From Balanoglossus misakiensis (Eukaryota > Animalia > Hemichordata), in contig CM082581.2 of the NCBI GenBank assembly GCA_040954595.2, positions 7,524,059-7,588,058 on the forward strand: a stretch of DNA of 64,000 nt, given 5' to 3'. A program made the translations under genes and the position numbers. Each line of letters starts with the position of its first letter. Within the stretch, counting starts at the first letter, position 1. Below, piece by piece: positions 16,567 through 36,500 of this stretch. A model generated the notes under the pieces. It saw only the letters and a list, made by a program, of their open reading frames with translations, ran no database searches and was not told the DNA's origin.

Positions 16567-17263
16567 ATGAAGAGCATCTTCGCACTCAGTTTCGTCATCG
16601 TTGTTGTTCTGTCAGTTGTCCCTGGTTTGTTAGGTAAGTTAGACCCATGGTGCCCACGTGGCACAGTGCAGTCAGTGGTTTAAATGGAGCAGGGGATTTT
16701 TCTCGCCACGTTTATTTTCCAAGAACTAGCTAATGCGAGAAGCAGGTATTGAAATTTATGAGAAATATACCGAATGATATATGGGAGCAGAATGTGTGCA
16801 GAGCCAGTACAAACTCTTTAGGAACTGTTTCTTATTTTCTTTTATGGGATCAGGAGCAAGTTTACAGTGCATCAATAAAGGTATCGACGGACAGGCAGCT
16901 CGCAACTACGCCACGTGCCCTTCTGGTAAGTTGGCCAATTTGCATTCTTAGTTGATATCAGTTTGGTCACTTTTTTGTACTAATTTTGATGATATTCGAC
17001 TCTTACCCCATTAGTATTCATTGTCTTAGGAGGTAACATGTTCCTCTAAAGGATGAAAAATATCACCACGTCGAATTAATTACGGAAAATTGAATTTTTT
17101 TTTGTCAGGTTATACAGTGACAGGTTGCAGCTGCGGCATGGCTTGTGGTTCCTACAGCATCGAGAACGTGTCCGGTGGACGCACGCGATGTTTCTGTCAT
17201 CTCGGATGCAACGGGGGCAACCCAATCGACTGGACCCTGGCAAGATGTTGCAAAGTGTGGTAG
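16567..17263 (+). CDS. RETN: Secreted resistin / resistin-like molecule (RELM/FIZZ) family protein, 97 aa, 3 coding exons
   Basis: Exons 16567-16633, 16854-16925 and 17109-17263 (294 nt; two phase-1 GT-AG introns). Translation: MKSIFALSFVIVVVLSVVPGLLGASLQCINKGIDGQAARNYATCPSGYTVTGCSCGMACGSYSIENVSGGRTRCFCHLGCNGGNPIDWTLARCCKVW*. It has a signal peptide and 10 Cys. ATCPxG[FY]xVTGCxCGxACGS and DWTxARCC match human resistin (ATCPRGFAVTGCTCGSACGSW...DWTGARCC). The symbol is family-level only. Confidence 0.9.
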
Positions 17264-17573
17264 GAGGGTACTGAAAACAAAGGATTGTCGCGGGGTGAAG
17301 ATGGTGGCGCCATAACAGTCGCACTGATCGTAAAGTCATCTCCAGATTTTCTGTCTATTGTTTATCAACGGTTACTATTGTTGTTTTCCCGTACTTTCAG
17401 ATAAAAGTTCACTTTTTTTATTCAAGAAGGTTTGGCCGAGTTAGGTCTGGGCTCAGCATTGTGCAAACCGAAATATTTTATAAAACCTTAGGTCAGAATA
17501 TTCGTTTTCATTTTTCATGGCAACTTCGGTTGTGAATGAGATATTAACTTTGAGTCTTCATGAGCATCAACTC

Positions 17574-17579
17574 AATAAA
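17574..17579 (+). terminator. Candidate poly(A) signal of the resistin-like gene
   Basis: AATAAA ~310 nt after the stop codon, followed by TGTTGTGG and T-rich sequence. Confidence 0.45.
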
Positions 17580-17849
17580 ATTCTTATTAGCTGATAACAT
17601 GTTGTGGGCTATTTTTATTCTGCAAACTGGCACGTGTACCTGCCGTTGGTTATAAGATGAGAATACGTATGTAATATAATTATTGGTACTGACCAAAAAT
17701 TAAAGGATCAAGTTTTGAGCTGTAACAATGGGTCATTAAGCGTGTTTCAGTGAGCACAACAACATGCATACATAGCCTATGGAAAGAAGTAACCAACACA
17801 ATTTTGAAACTTAATGACTTTGTCCCTCTAAGAATCAAAACACACCAAC

Positions 17850-20800
17850 AAGAATTTCATTGTCACATCTTTATTCACCTACACAAAATGCTGCCAAAAT
17901 TAAGTAACAAAACTTGTTGCCACTAAATCAAGCCTACATGGACAAACAACTAGGTATTTTTGGGGTCAAGCTCATAAGGCTTGGGTTCTAATTTTTTAAC
18001 TGCTTTATTCTTTATGAAATGTAGAAAAAAAAGAAGCAAGATCTATATTATATTACACATGCCTGGAAAAAGCAAGTCGACATTGCATTAATTAATATTT
18101 TTCTTTCAACGTAATTGCAGATTTCAGGAATTAGGACTTTTAGGGCTCGCAGCTCAGGTTGAATGACAAAGAGATGAACTCTGACCTTTCACCTGATAGA
18201 CCTTTGCAAAGAAAACCCAACTCAACGATTCTTTGTGAAAAAAGCTTAAAAAAATCACTGATCATGCGGTAATTTGAAGAGCCATTGAAATTTCCCGGGA
18301 ACACCGAGCCCCCCATTTTGCTGGTGTCTGCTTGCCTCTAAATTTGGGGAGTCTTCCGAAATGAAACGGCATCCAAGATTACTAGCTATGGATACTGGGT
18401 ATGTTCAAGGGTAGAGGATCCTGCTATTGCCTGAAAACAATTGCCTGAGAAGTTCTCCATGTACAAAGATAAAGACTGATATACTCGCTCAAGTTCACTC
18501 AGGGGTCATAAAAGTGGCTTATTTCATACCTATATGACACACATCTCTACCAAATTCCTCAAACCTCCCCCCTCTCCAACAAGATTTCTGAACACAGGAA
18601 AACTGCCAAATTTTTTAACTACCATCTAAACGCCAGCCCTATCTAGTCAACCGTCACATCTCGGATCACGAAACCCCCAAAATGATTCTTTCAAACAATT
18701 TGCCACCCCCCCCCCCCTTTCCCACTCCAAGGCAAGGCAACTTCTTCAGATTGAGGAGAAAACCATTCTTAAGCACCCATAGTGGGAGGAAACAACTTTT
18801 GGGAAGTTTGTAAAAATCGCTGCTTTGTTACACAAGTACAAAAAAATGAAATTTTTTATCAGTTTCTTGGTCACTGGAGAGCAACCATGACTGGACAAGC
18901 TTAACGCAAACTAGCAAAACAAAAGAAAAAAAAAACTTCAAATTGGCAGAACTTTGATATGTGATTCCCGACGGGGTAGATTTCTAAAAACGGGTGGCTT
19001 CTATAAGTGGGTTACACGACCGTAATGCTATAGGGTGCCGAATGTCGCGAGGATTAAAAAAAGCCAGACTAACTACACAAAGTGGTTGCTGAAAGCCACC
19101 ATGTTGCTCACTAAAATTGTATTTTTTTTTTCAAATCCCTCATGTGTTCCTCCTGAGTAATGCCATAAAATACATCTACACATGGAAGGGCATTTAAAAT
19201 GGAGTTGTACTTTGGAAAAAATTTGCCGTAAACATCTGGAACAGAATTCCCGTCATTTTCAAAAAAAAATCTATTTTCTTTCCCCGCATTGAAAATACTG
19301 CATCCCTATCTTCCACTTGTCTTGTTTTTTCCAGAAAGATTACAAAAAATGATTAAAATTTCACAAAATTGTGCAAGGTCAGGGTTCGAGGAAAAACAAA
19401 GGCTTATGCACTTGTGGTTGTTAAATATGGTTAGACTATTGTACAATATGGCAGAAATTCTGCCATCTTGAAGCTCTGTCGACTACCGGTACATGAGATT
19501 CTATCACTCATCTAGGTAGGAAAAGCCCTACATGCTAGCGGAGTTCAAAAGATCTTTCGACTTGTCGAACGAACGGCCATTTTTCTGCTTTCTTAGTTGC
19601 CACTGTTGAACCAAACCAGCCACAGATTGGCCTAAGCCTCTTCCCGCCAACCAAGATATGGTCCATCCCGTTGTTTTCAACAGAGCGATGATGGTTGGTT
19701 CTATTCTACCAAGGGGGTGGTTGGGGGGAAAGCATAGCTTTGTCAACTGCTCCTGCCATGAGGTTCAATGATGATCAATCAAGGCACTCCAAAAAAATAT
19801 CGACATTCTCTTGTGACTTCCACTACTCTTATGACGGTCAGTATCTTGACAACAAGGATCACTACAATTCAGATTGCCAAGTTTAAATAGGACAATGAGG
19901 GGAATCCCTGACCACATTTTAATTTACTGTCAACTGAGAAGAACATGGTTGCGAATATTATACTCAATACAAACTTACTGAAAGTATTGAAATAAGCATT
20001 TTTTTCCTGAGGTTTGGTAACCATGGTTATAAAGGGGAAGGCTGTTACAAACTGATAATAATCCCAGCGTTTACAAAGTTTGGATTCTCTCCTGCACAAA
20101 TCCCCACATGTGAACAAATCCCATAAGGGTACTCGGCCCAGAAATGTCTCCAAGCAAAGTGTGATAGGGGAACCAATGTGATAAATTAGCCAATGCAAAC
20201 AGAGGAAGCCATGCCCGGTTCCCTTAACTGCTCGCCTATGGTCAAAGTGCCGGAGAATGGCACTAATATGACGTGTGTGTGCGTAACAGAACAAATTCAC
20301 CTCTCTTTAGGCAGAGCTTCACGCCCAACAAACCTGAAAAAAACGGACACCTGTCTACTGACCAGGGCAGCCTTTTTTGTAGAAAATACATCCTGTGCTA
20401 AAAAAACAAGAGGTAGCACGTCTTGTAATGCAAATCTAGGAAATACTTATCTTGTAAACTAGGAATACGATGATTTTTATTTTTACAGGCATTTCCTTCG
20501 CTCCGCTCCGACAACTCTGAACTTTCCCTATCTAGCAATGTCCGCCTTTTCCCGGTCTTTTCTAACAATTAACTCCGTAAGAAACCATTAATTAAACAAA
20601 ATTTACCAACCAAAACAAGAGAGAGGAAATCTGTTAAAACTTCAAGTATTAGTACCCCGTGTGGTGTACGTTTCTGTCATTGCAAAAAAAAAAATAATGT
20701 CTCAACCTACAATTATAGAAATCACATAGCTGCAACAGAGGCAGTGGCTTCTCAGTACCACCGCTCTCTGTCTGTAGTTTTGATATGGTTAGGAAGGGTT

Positions 20801-22418
20801 CGTGTGAATACACCTAGAAAGATATAACTCTTGCTATGATTTTTAAGAATTTTCCACTATTTTCCGAGAATATAAGACATTGGAATGAATGCGTTCCTAC
20901 TAAACACTTCCACCTACTTGTACAATATCGTAAAAATTTTGGCTCAATCACCTCAAAAGAAAACAAAAAAAAACTAGAACAAGTTTTACCAAATACAAAG
21001 CTCTCAAAAAAGACATCACAATTATCATTTAAACGTCCTCAAATTGAAACACTGTGAAACAGGAGAAGGCATGTCACACAAATTTTCATATTTTTTTTCC
21101 TTCTTTTCTTAGAAAACACAAATCTTTGGTTTTTTGGTCTCTTTTCGATATTTCGGAGAATGGCATGGCAACTTCACACGTTTGCGCTTCTCTTTCCCTG
21201 TTTACCTCAGACTAATGGAGTCTTTTTCGAGACGTTTTAATTTTTAAAAATTTTTATATATATTTTTTTTTTTGCTGCCCAAATCACACGTATGAATGGA
21301 AGCCATGTGTGTTTACGGCGTCGTTTTGTTTTCTAAACTCTTAAAAATCAAAGTATTTCTTTTCTTCTCACGCTACTGATTTTTTTCCATTTTTTTAGAA
21401 GTTTGGAAGGACAGCAGACCGACAGAGACTGAAAGAGGTAGTTTTGTTGATTATCATTAACAGTCGGGGTCTGAAGTCCAACACAATTTTCGCACAAACT
21501 TTTCAGAAACAGGAAAAGTGCAAAGCACAGAAAAAAGAAAATTAAAGAACTAGGAAAAAACATGCAAAAAATCTAATTAACTAAATACTGAAGTAGCACT
21601 GAGGCTTCTCGTATGGGATACGGTTATTGTGTATTGACGATGTCCAGATTATGTCATCAGTCGTACACAGTTGTATTGTGGACGTGTTTTTTAAAAAAAA
21701 GTCTGAAGATTACACTGAGTGTCGGCCATCGATGTGCCCCCAACCAGTCGTGCCGTGGCCCGCTCCGTTGATCACAGAGGATTCCACCCCTCCCTTCGTC
21801 CTCCACTTCAAAATTTTTCCTGCGCGGGCTTCCCACAACAGGCCTGTCGCGTTGTCCAATCATGGAGAGTCAATGTCTCTTACTAAAAAATATTACTCAA
21901 CTTCCATGACCGGACCAGACCTGAGTTCGGGGGTCTCCGTGGCAAACTGGCGACGGCATCCGGAGACTTCCTTTTATTCCTGCAGTTCCAGACAGAAGCG
22001 GGCACCTGGTCCTCGTATAATTTCTGTAGCAGGGACGAGCGAGCAGGGACTGTTTTAGGTCCACTGTTATAGTTCTCCTTTGCTAAACAACAGTATGCCC
22101 GGTGCCCCTGCCACAACACTGTCGTGGCCCGAATTCCGTGCAACACATAAGATCCGGTATACTGACTTTCTTGGTGTGTTTTTTTTGCAAAACAGAATTC
22201 ATAATGAAGTGTACTTGTCATTATCCTTTTTTTGCATATAAATAAACTGTGCACGGTGCAGTGTGTGTGTTCTCGAGAGTCCATGCAATAGTACATTTAA
22301 GACACATCCACTATACATCATATGAAGAAGGGAAAAAAATTATACTGTCCATTATGAAGAGAATTACAATTTTCAAGTAGTATTTTTTTCTTTCCGTGGT
22401 GTAGATCCGCATCGCATG
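17850..22418 (-). other. Probable long (~4.5 kb) 3' UTR of CtBP
   Basis: No coding signal, and U-rich on the minus strand. Minus-strand AATAAA at 17870-17875 is followed by a GU-rich element (TTCTTGTTGGTGTGTTTTG). Other AATAAA sites lie at 18004-18009 and 21973-21978. Confidence 0.45.
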
Positions 22419-30799
<8,381 letters not shown>

Positions 30800-31973
30800 G
30801 ACGCAAAAACAGACCTATCTGTAACAGAACAGAAGAGAAAACCGAATTTTGAGTTACCGGGTACCAACAATAATTTTTTCCTTCAGATTTTTACAGCACG
30901 CATGGTTTATTATAATTCATACAGTGAGTGAGGAGAGAAGCTGAACGTAATTTTTATCATTAAGAACCTGATCCAGTGATCACAGCTGGTTTTTGTGCTG
31001 CGTTCAAACTTTCCTTCAATCAATGGTGACACATTTTAATAATACTAACGTTTTTGATAATCACTCATCACTTTCAATGTCTGCTGTGTTCAACCGCGCA
31101 ATACTTGGAAAATTGGCCATTCATGGACTTCGGGGAAACTGTGACGCAAAACCTACTGCCGACTGATCAAGCTAGTAGAATATATGTGTCTTGTATTAAA
31201 ACAGGGATGGACTGCAATGTGAGCTGTCATGTCGTGTTTAGTCAGTGTCTGAAGGTGTGTGATGAATTGTTGACTTGTAGTGTTTTGAATACGAGAATGC
31301 AGATTAACTCAGTTCTGTCAGAAAACAAATGCACTCAGTCTATATTGACAGTATCAGTTAATGGGGAGGGGGGTAGGGGACAAGAAAATGTCTGAAATGG
31401 TTTGGTATTCTGTAATGCTGATATCGCCGCATGCAACGAGATGAGTCAAGGTGTCGTGGCGATGTATCCAGGCGATATATGCTAACATGGTAACTAGGGA
31501 AGACTGGAAACAGAATACGGGAGTGTCATGTTTTAGAAGTGAAACCGGAGTCAACACTGGTAGAGCAGACATCTGAACACCTAATGATGGACACTAATAA
31601 AGTTGAAATTCTGCTGTACAGGTTATCTACCTGTGCACCACAGATCTACATGTAAGAGAATCACTGCCCCTGGAACTCCATCAAGATTCAGCCCTGGTGG
31701 TTCATCCCCATCTCTAAGATACCCAGACCACCACCAAACTGTGAAGGGGGAAGCACCGCCCCTATATAATGATCTACCATGAATGCTGCAGACCTGGCCA
31801 ATCAGAGATTTTCAATTGAGTGGCCATATGAAAAAAAAGTGGGATCATACCAAACTGGGCATGCAAATGGGGTAGAAAAAAAATAGCGTCAAGGACACTG
31901 TGGTCCCATTTGAAGATTATGCGGAAACAGTGACCCACCAGAATAAAAATAACATGTGACATTGCAAGCAGAT

Positions 31974-33507
31974 CTGCAAGCAGCAATAGCGGGCCCAAGC
32001 CAACATAGCACATAGCAACATAGCAATAAGCATATCTGCTCTGGATGCCAAGATATGGAAAAGTAGGTCAAAGGTCACCTGAGGTTATGCAAAATTTGGG
32101 CAAGAAATTTTGACCATATACTGGTCCATGTTCAACAAAAATCAAACCTATAGCCCTATTGGTTAGCCTGGAATTAGGTATGCACATAATTAATGAGATA
32201 TGCAGGTGTCACAGATGACCCCAAATTTTGGCTTTTCAATTTTAGTCCCAACCCTCCAAACGCCAAGTCTGTACCTGCTCTGGATGCCAAGATATGATAA
32301 AGTAGGTCAAAGGTCACCTGAGGTCATGCAAAATTTGGGCAATAAATTTTGACCTTATACTGGTCCATGTTCAACAAAAACCTAACCTATAGCCCTATTG
32401 GTTAGCCTGGAATTAGGTATGCACATAATTAATGAGATATGCAGGTGTCACAGGTGACCCCCAATTTTGGCTTTTCAATTTTAGTCCCAACCCTCCTAAC
32501 GCCAAGTCTGTACCTGCTCTGGATGCCAAGATATGGTAAAGTAGGTCAAAGGTCACCTGAGGTCATGCAAAATTTGGGCAAGAAATTTTGACCCTATACT
32601 GGTCCATGTTCAACAAAAACCAAACCTATAGCCCTAATGGTTAGCCTGGAATTAGGTATGCACATAATTAATGAGATATGCAGGTGTCACAGGTGACCCC
32701 CAATTTTGGCTTTTCAATTTTAGTCCCAACCCTCCAAACGCCAAGTCTGTACCTGCTCTGGATGCCGAGATATAGGAAAGTAGGTCAAAGGTCACCTGAG
32801 GTCACCCAAAATTTGGGCAAGAAATTTGACCCTATACTGGTCCATGTCCCACAAGAACGAAACCTCTAGCCCTATTAGTTAGCCCGGAATTAGGTATGCA
32901 CATAATTAATGTGTTAAGCAGGTGTTACAGGTGAGCCCAAAATTTTGCCTTTTATTTTGGCCCCATTGTGCTCACTGACCAATAGACAGTCACTGTACAG
33001 GACTATTGCACAGACCAGAATTCCACAATAAGACATGGACATAGCTTAACCATAGAGGTATAAGTAAAGGTTTAAATTTAATAAAAAGACTAAAAAATTC
33101 ATAAAAAATAAAACATCCATGGTACTAACTTAACACTTACAGGTCGATGTGAGGTTGACATATGGTACATGCTTACCAATTTTTAAAGCAATCTGACGAG
33201 TAGTTGTTGACTTTCAGAGTTTTGATAAATTTCAAATTTTTCCAGCTAATTTGCATATTTTTGGGCCTGGCAACTTCGTTTGGACAAACTCCCATCTACA
33301 GCCCAGCCTGCACCTACACACCAAATATTGAGGTGATACGCGCAGCGGTTTTCAAGTTTTTGATGTGGACGGACATACAGACATACATCCATACATACAT
33401 CCATCCATCCATCCATCCATCCATCCATCCATCCATCCATACATACATACAGACGCAACTGATCCCATAAGGTCCCATGGTATATATGCCTATACCAATG
33501 GGACCTA
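31974..33507 (+). mobile_element. Helentron/DINE-1-like non-autonomous element with an internal tandem array
   Basis: 5' end CTGCAAGCAGCAATAGCGGGCCCAAGC is shared with the 46931 element. It carries a 239-bp tandem array, a (CATC)/(CATA) microsatellite at 33375-33450 and a terminal stem-loop AGGTCCCATGGTATA...TATACCAATGGGACCT at 33470-33506. Confidence 0.65.
32036..32950. repeat. Tandem repeat, 239-bp unit, ~3.8 copies
   Basis: CTGGATGCC recurs at 32041, 32280, 32519 and 32758. Units differ by few substitutions, and each contains AGGTCAAAGGTCA. Confidence 0.95.
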
Positions 33508-36500
33508 ACAAGTACTGGCAGTAACATCTGGGTCCAATTCAACTGACTCACCATATGTTTGTATTGTTGCATGATGGGTACCATAATTTGTTAAGTCAGT
33601 AAATGTTAATGGAACTGCTGGAGTGTTTGGGGGAAAAGGCTTTCACCATTTGCCATGTACCGGTAAGACACACAGAAAGAAAAATCAATTTATGAGTTAT
33701 TTTATTTATATTAGATATAAACTGTCGAAGGGTAGATGTTTCATACGCCATACACAGCAAATGCAATTATATCGCGAAGAAAAACCCTGGAAGCAATGCC
33801 TGAACACTCCAGGGAATGTCCCAGGTACTTGCATATAGGTAAATGGAAAAATGGGGAATGAAGAGCAAAATACCAGTGTTAGCGAATTGACTCATATTAC
33901 CGGCAGCCTGATGGTATGGTGCCCGGCTGAAAATGATCAACTTGCGCTTTTGAATGGGGGAGCAGCAGATGGCAGATTTCAGATTCCATTTTCGTCAAAC
34001 GATTGAATGTCTGGCGCGTTTTAATCATCAAATCATTGATAGCAGCTGACTCCTGCCCGTGTATTCCCTTCTCTGCACTGCAGACCCCAAGTGGTGCTGC
34101 GCTGCAGGAATTGGACACGGCCGCAATCAGCAGGTCGGAAGCTCGGGTCTTTTAAAAGAGATCTGAATTCCTTCCCCCGTCCCCCTACGTTCTGCGATGG
34201 AAAGAACGCCGGATGTCATGCAATTCTCCGGGATACAAGTCATTGTCAATGACACAGTCGCCGTGCGACCGATTTTAAAGAAAACACTGAAGGAAACCAT
34301 GGTAGAGGGAAACCAGCCAAGGCATGTCTGCTGCAAAGTGTTCATTTTACCAGTCTTCACTGCAAACTATTTATTTCAGAAGGCGGAAGATTCAATGCTG
34401 GCCAGCTCTCGGAACACACAACCCCAAAAGCCTGTGGGCCCCAACACAGAAACGTTTTTTTTTTTTTTTTGCTTGAGTCCGAAAATCTCAGAAACAGGCT
34501 TTGATAGAGAGGAACAATAACCGCTTTGAATTCAAGACACCACCGTTGATTTATGTACAAATTAATATTGATAATGGGGGCTTCATTGAATATGTGAAGC
34601 CAGGGATAAAAATGAACATGTATCATCAGTTAGGGTGACTAACTTATTTTATTGTCGCACTTTCTTGTTGATCCTGTTACATCTTAATAACATGGACAAT
34701 TGGCGTTAGTGACTCGGTCTCGTTTATCAAAAAGATCCATTACCATCGGTGACAGTTTCCATTCTATTATGGAAAGACATAGATCAACACCGAGCGGAGC
34801 TGATGTTTTTTTTATTGAAGGAGAAGAAAGCCGCCAAAGTTAACCATTAAATGATGCCACTGATTTGTGTTTGGTGTTTTTTTAATCTGGGAGCTTCTTG
34901 GGGGGCATGACAGCTTGGGGATTGGGTCAGGGGAGGGTAGATCGGAGGCAAGCTGCATGATTCAAATTCGCCTTATCATTACTAATTCTTGTACCGTTTA
35001 CCGCATCATGCAGGGAGATGCATCAACCGGACAGTTGGCACTGAAAATCCATCACGGATGTACTACTATATAAAAAAGATTGCAAAGTAAACACACACAA
35101 ATTCATCAGATGTAACGCATTATGGAAGTAAATATTAGAACAGGAAATCAAGACCTGCTGGGGTGTGTTCGACAGTCTAGGAGCCAGGTAGAGAGAGTGT
35201 GGAGCATATCGCTCATCACAGACCGAATGAATTCAGACTTTAGGTGTCTCACCATTTCATCCCGGTTGTCTGACTGAGAGTATAATTGTAATCTGATCAA
35301 ACCCCGGGTAACTGAATCAATACAGGTAATTTGCAGCAGGTCCACTTTCACTCAACATGTTTACATGCGCCATAATTACCCGGCAAAATTTCGGCTGCCT
35401 TTAATCCTACACATCCAATCAGCCGTGTGCGACTCGACACTCACTCAGTCACAGATTCTCTATCCACGAAAAATACCCCCAACCCACTTTCCTTTTTTTT
35501 CGATTGACCCCCAGAATCAAGCATAAGAAATGTTCTAAACACATCAAATGTCCCACTTTGAGTGTGCATAGGTGTTGCTATTAACTTTATTAGCCGGGAA
35601 TAACATGGCGCTTTGGAAGAAAGAAGCCAATGGATGAAGTGTTGCAGACACCCGTAATTGCATTCGCCCACTACGGTATCCGTACGCATGAAAACTATCA
35701 CATTTTCTCCCTAAATCACGGCCATTGCTTAGAACTGCTTACTGGGTTCATATGACACGAGGTCGATACCCGAGTCACGTTGTCAAAACAATGAATTTTT
35801 CGGGCAGTATTAAAAAGCAACAACCACGGAAACTATGCCCACTTTTCCCTCCATTTTCGTGACAGCTCATAGAACCACCAAGTCACAGAATATCTCGCAG
35901 ACTACTATCATCAGAATCATCATACTTCCGTCAGCAATTCACACGAGACCCGTAAATTGGCGCAATTTGTGTCGGCTAAATACGCTTACAAAATTCCCAA
36001 TGAAGTGTGATTTTACGCTACAACATTCAAGTGACAAGGATGTCGAGCAATAAAGAGAGGGGGGGGGGGGGAGAAAAGAAGCCGGCGTAATTCCTCAGCG
36101 TTCCATTGTAGTCCAAATGTCAATCAGACTCAGTATCGCGCGAGGAGAGCATGAAGATAACTCCACTGACAGCGAAGACCAGCGCATTACGAGGAAGATA
36201 CAGTACAGACTCCCAAAGGAGATTGACAACTCGATATATAATGCAGTCCTTATTTGACAACCATTTACCCAGCACTATTATACCTGGTGGGGGAAATTTG
36301 TGTTTGCATCGATGGAAATTTTTTCAAAGAGTCTGATACATTTATATATACATGTATAGACAAGGCCGCAGATGACAAATATGCAATGTTTGTCAAAATA
36401 CATAGCGACAGAACAGGACATAAAATTGAGTGTACAGACTGAAATGGCCTCTGAAATGAATGATGTGTACTTGGGTGAATTAAGATGATGGAACAACATG

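Noticed and set aside
32036-32950. Regular repeat array as a CRISPR-like locus
   Set aside because: Eukaryotic context; 239-bp units repeated in full with no unique spacers and no cas genes.
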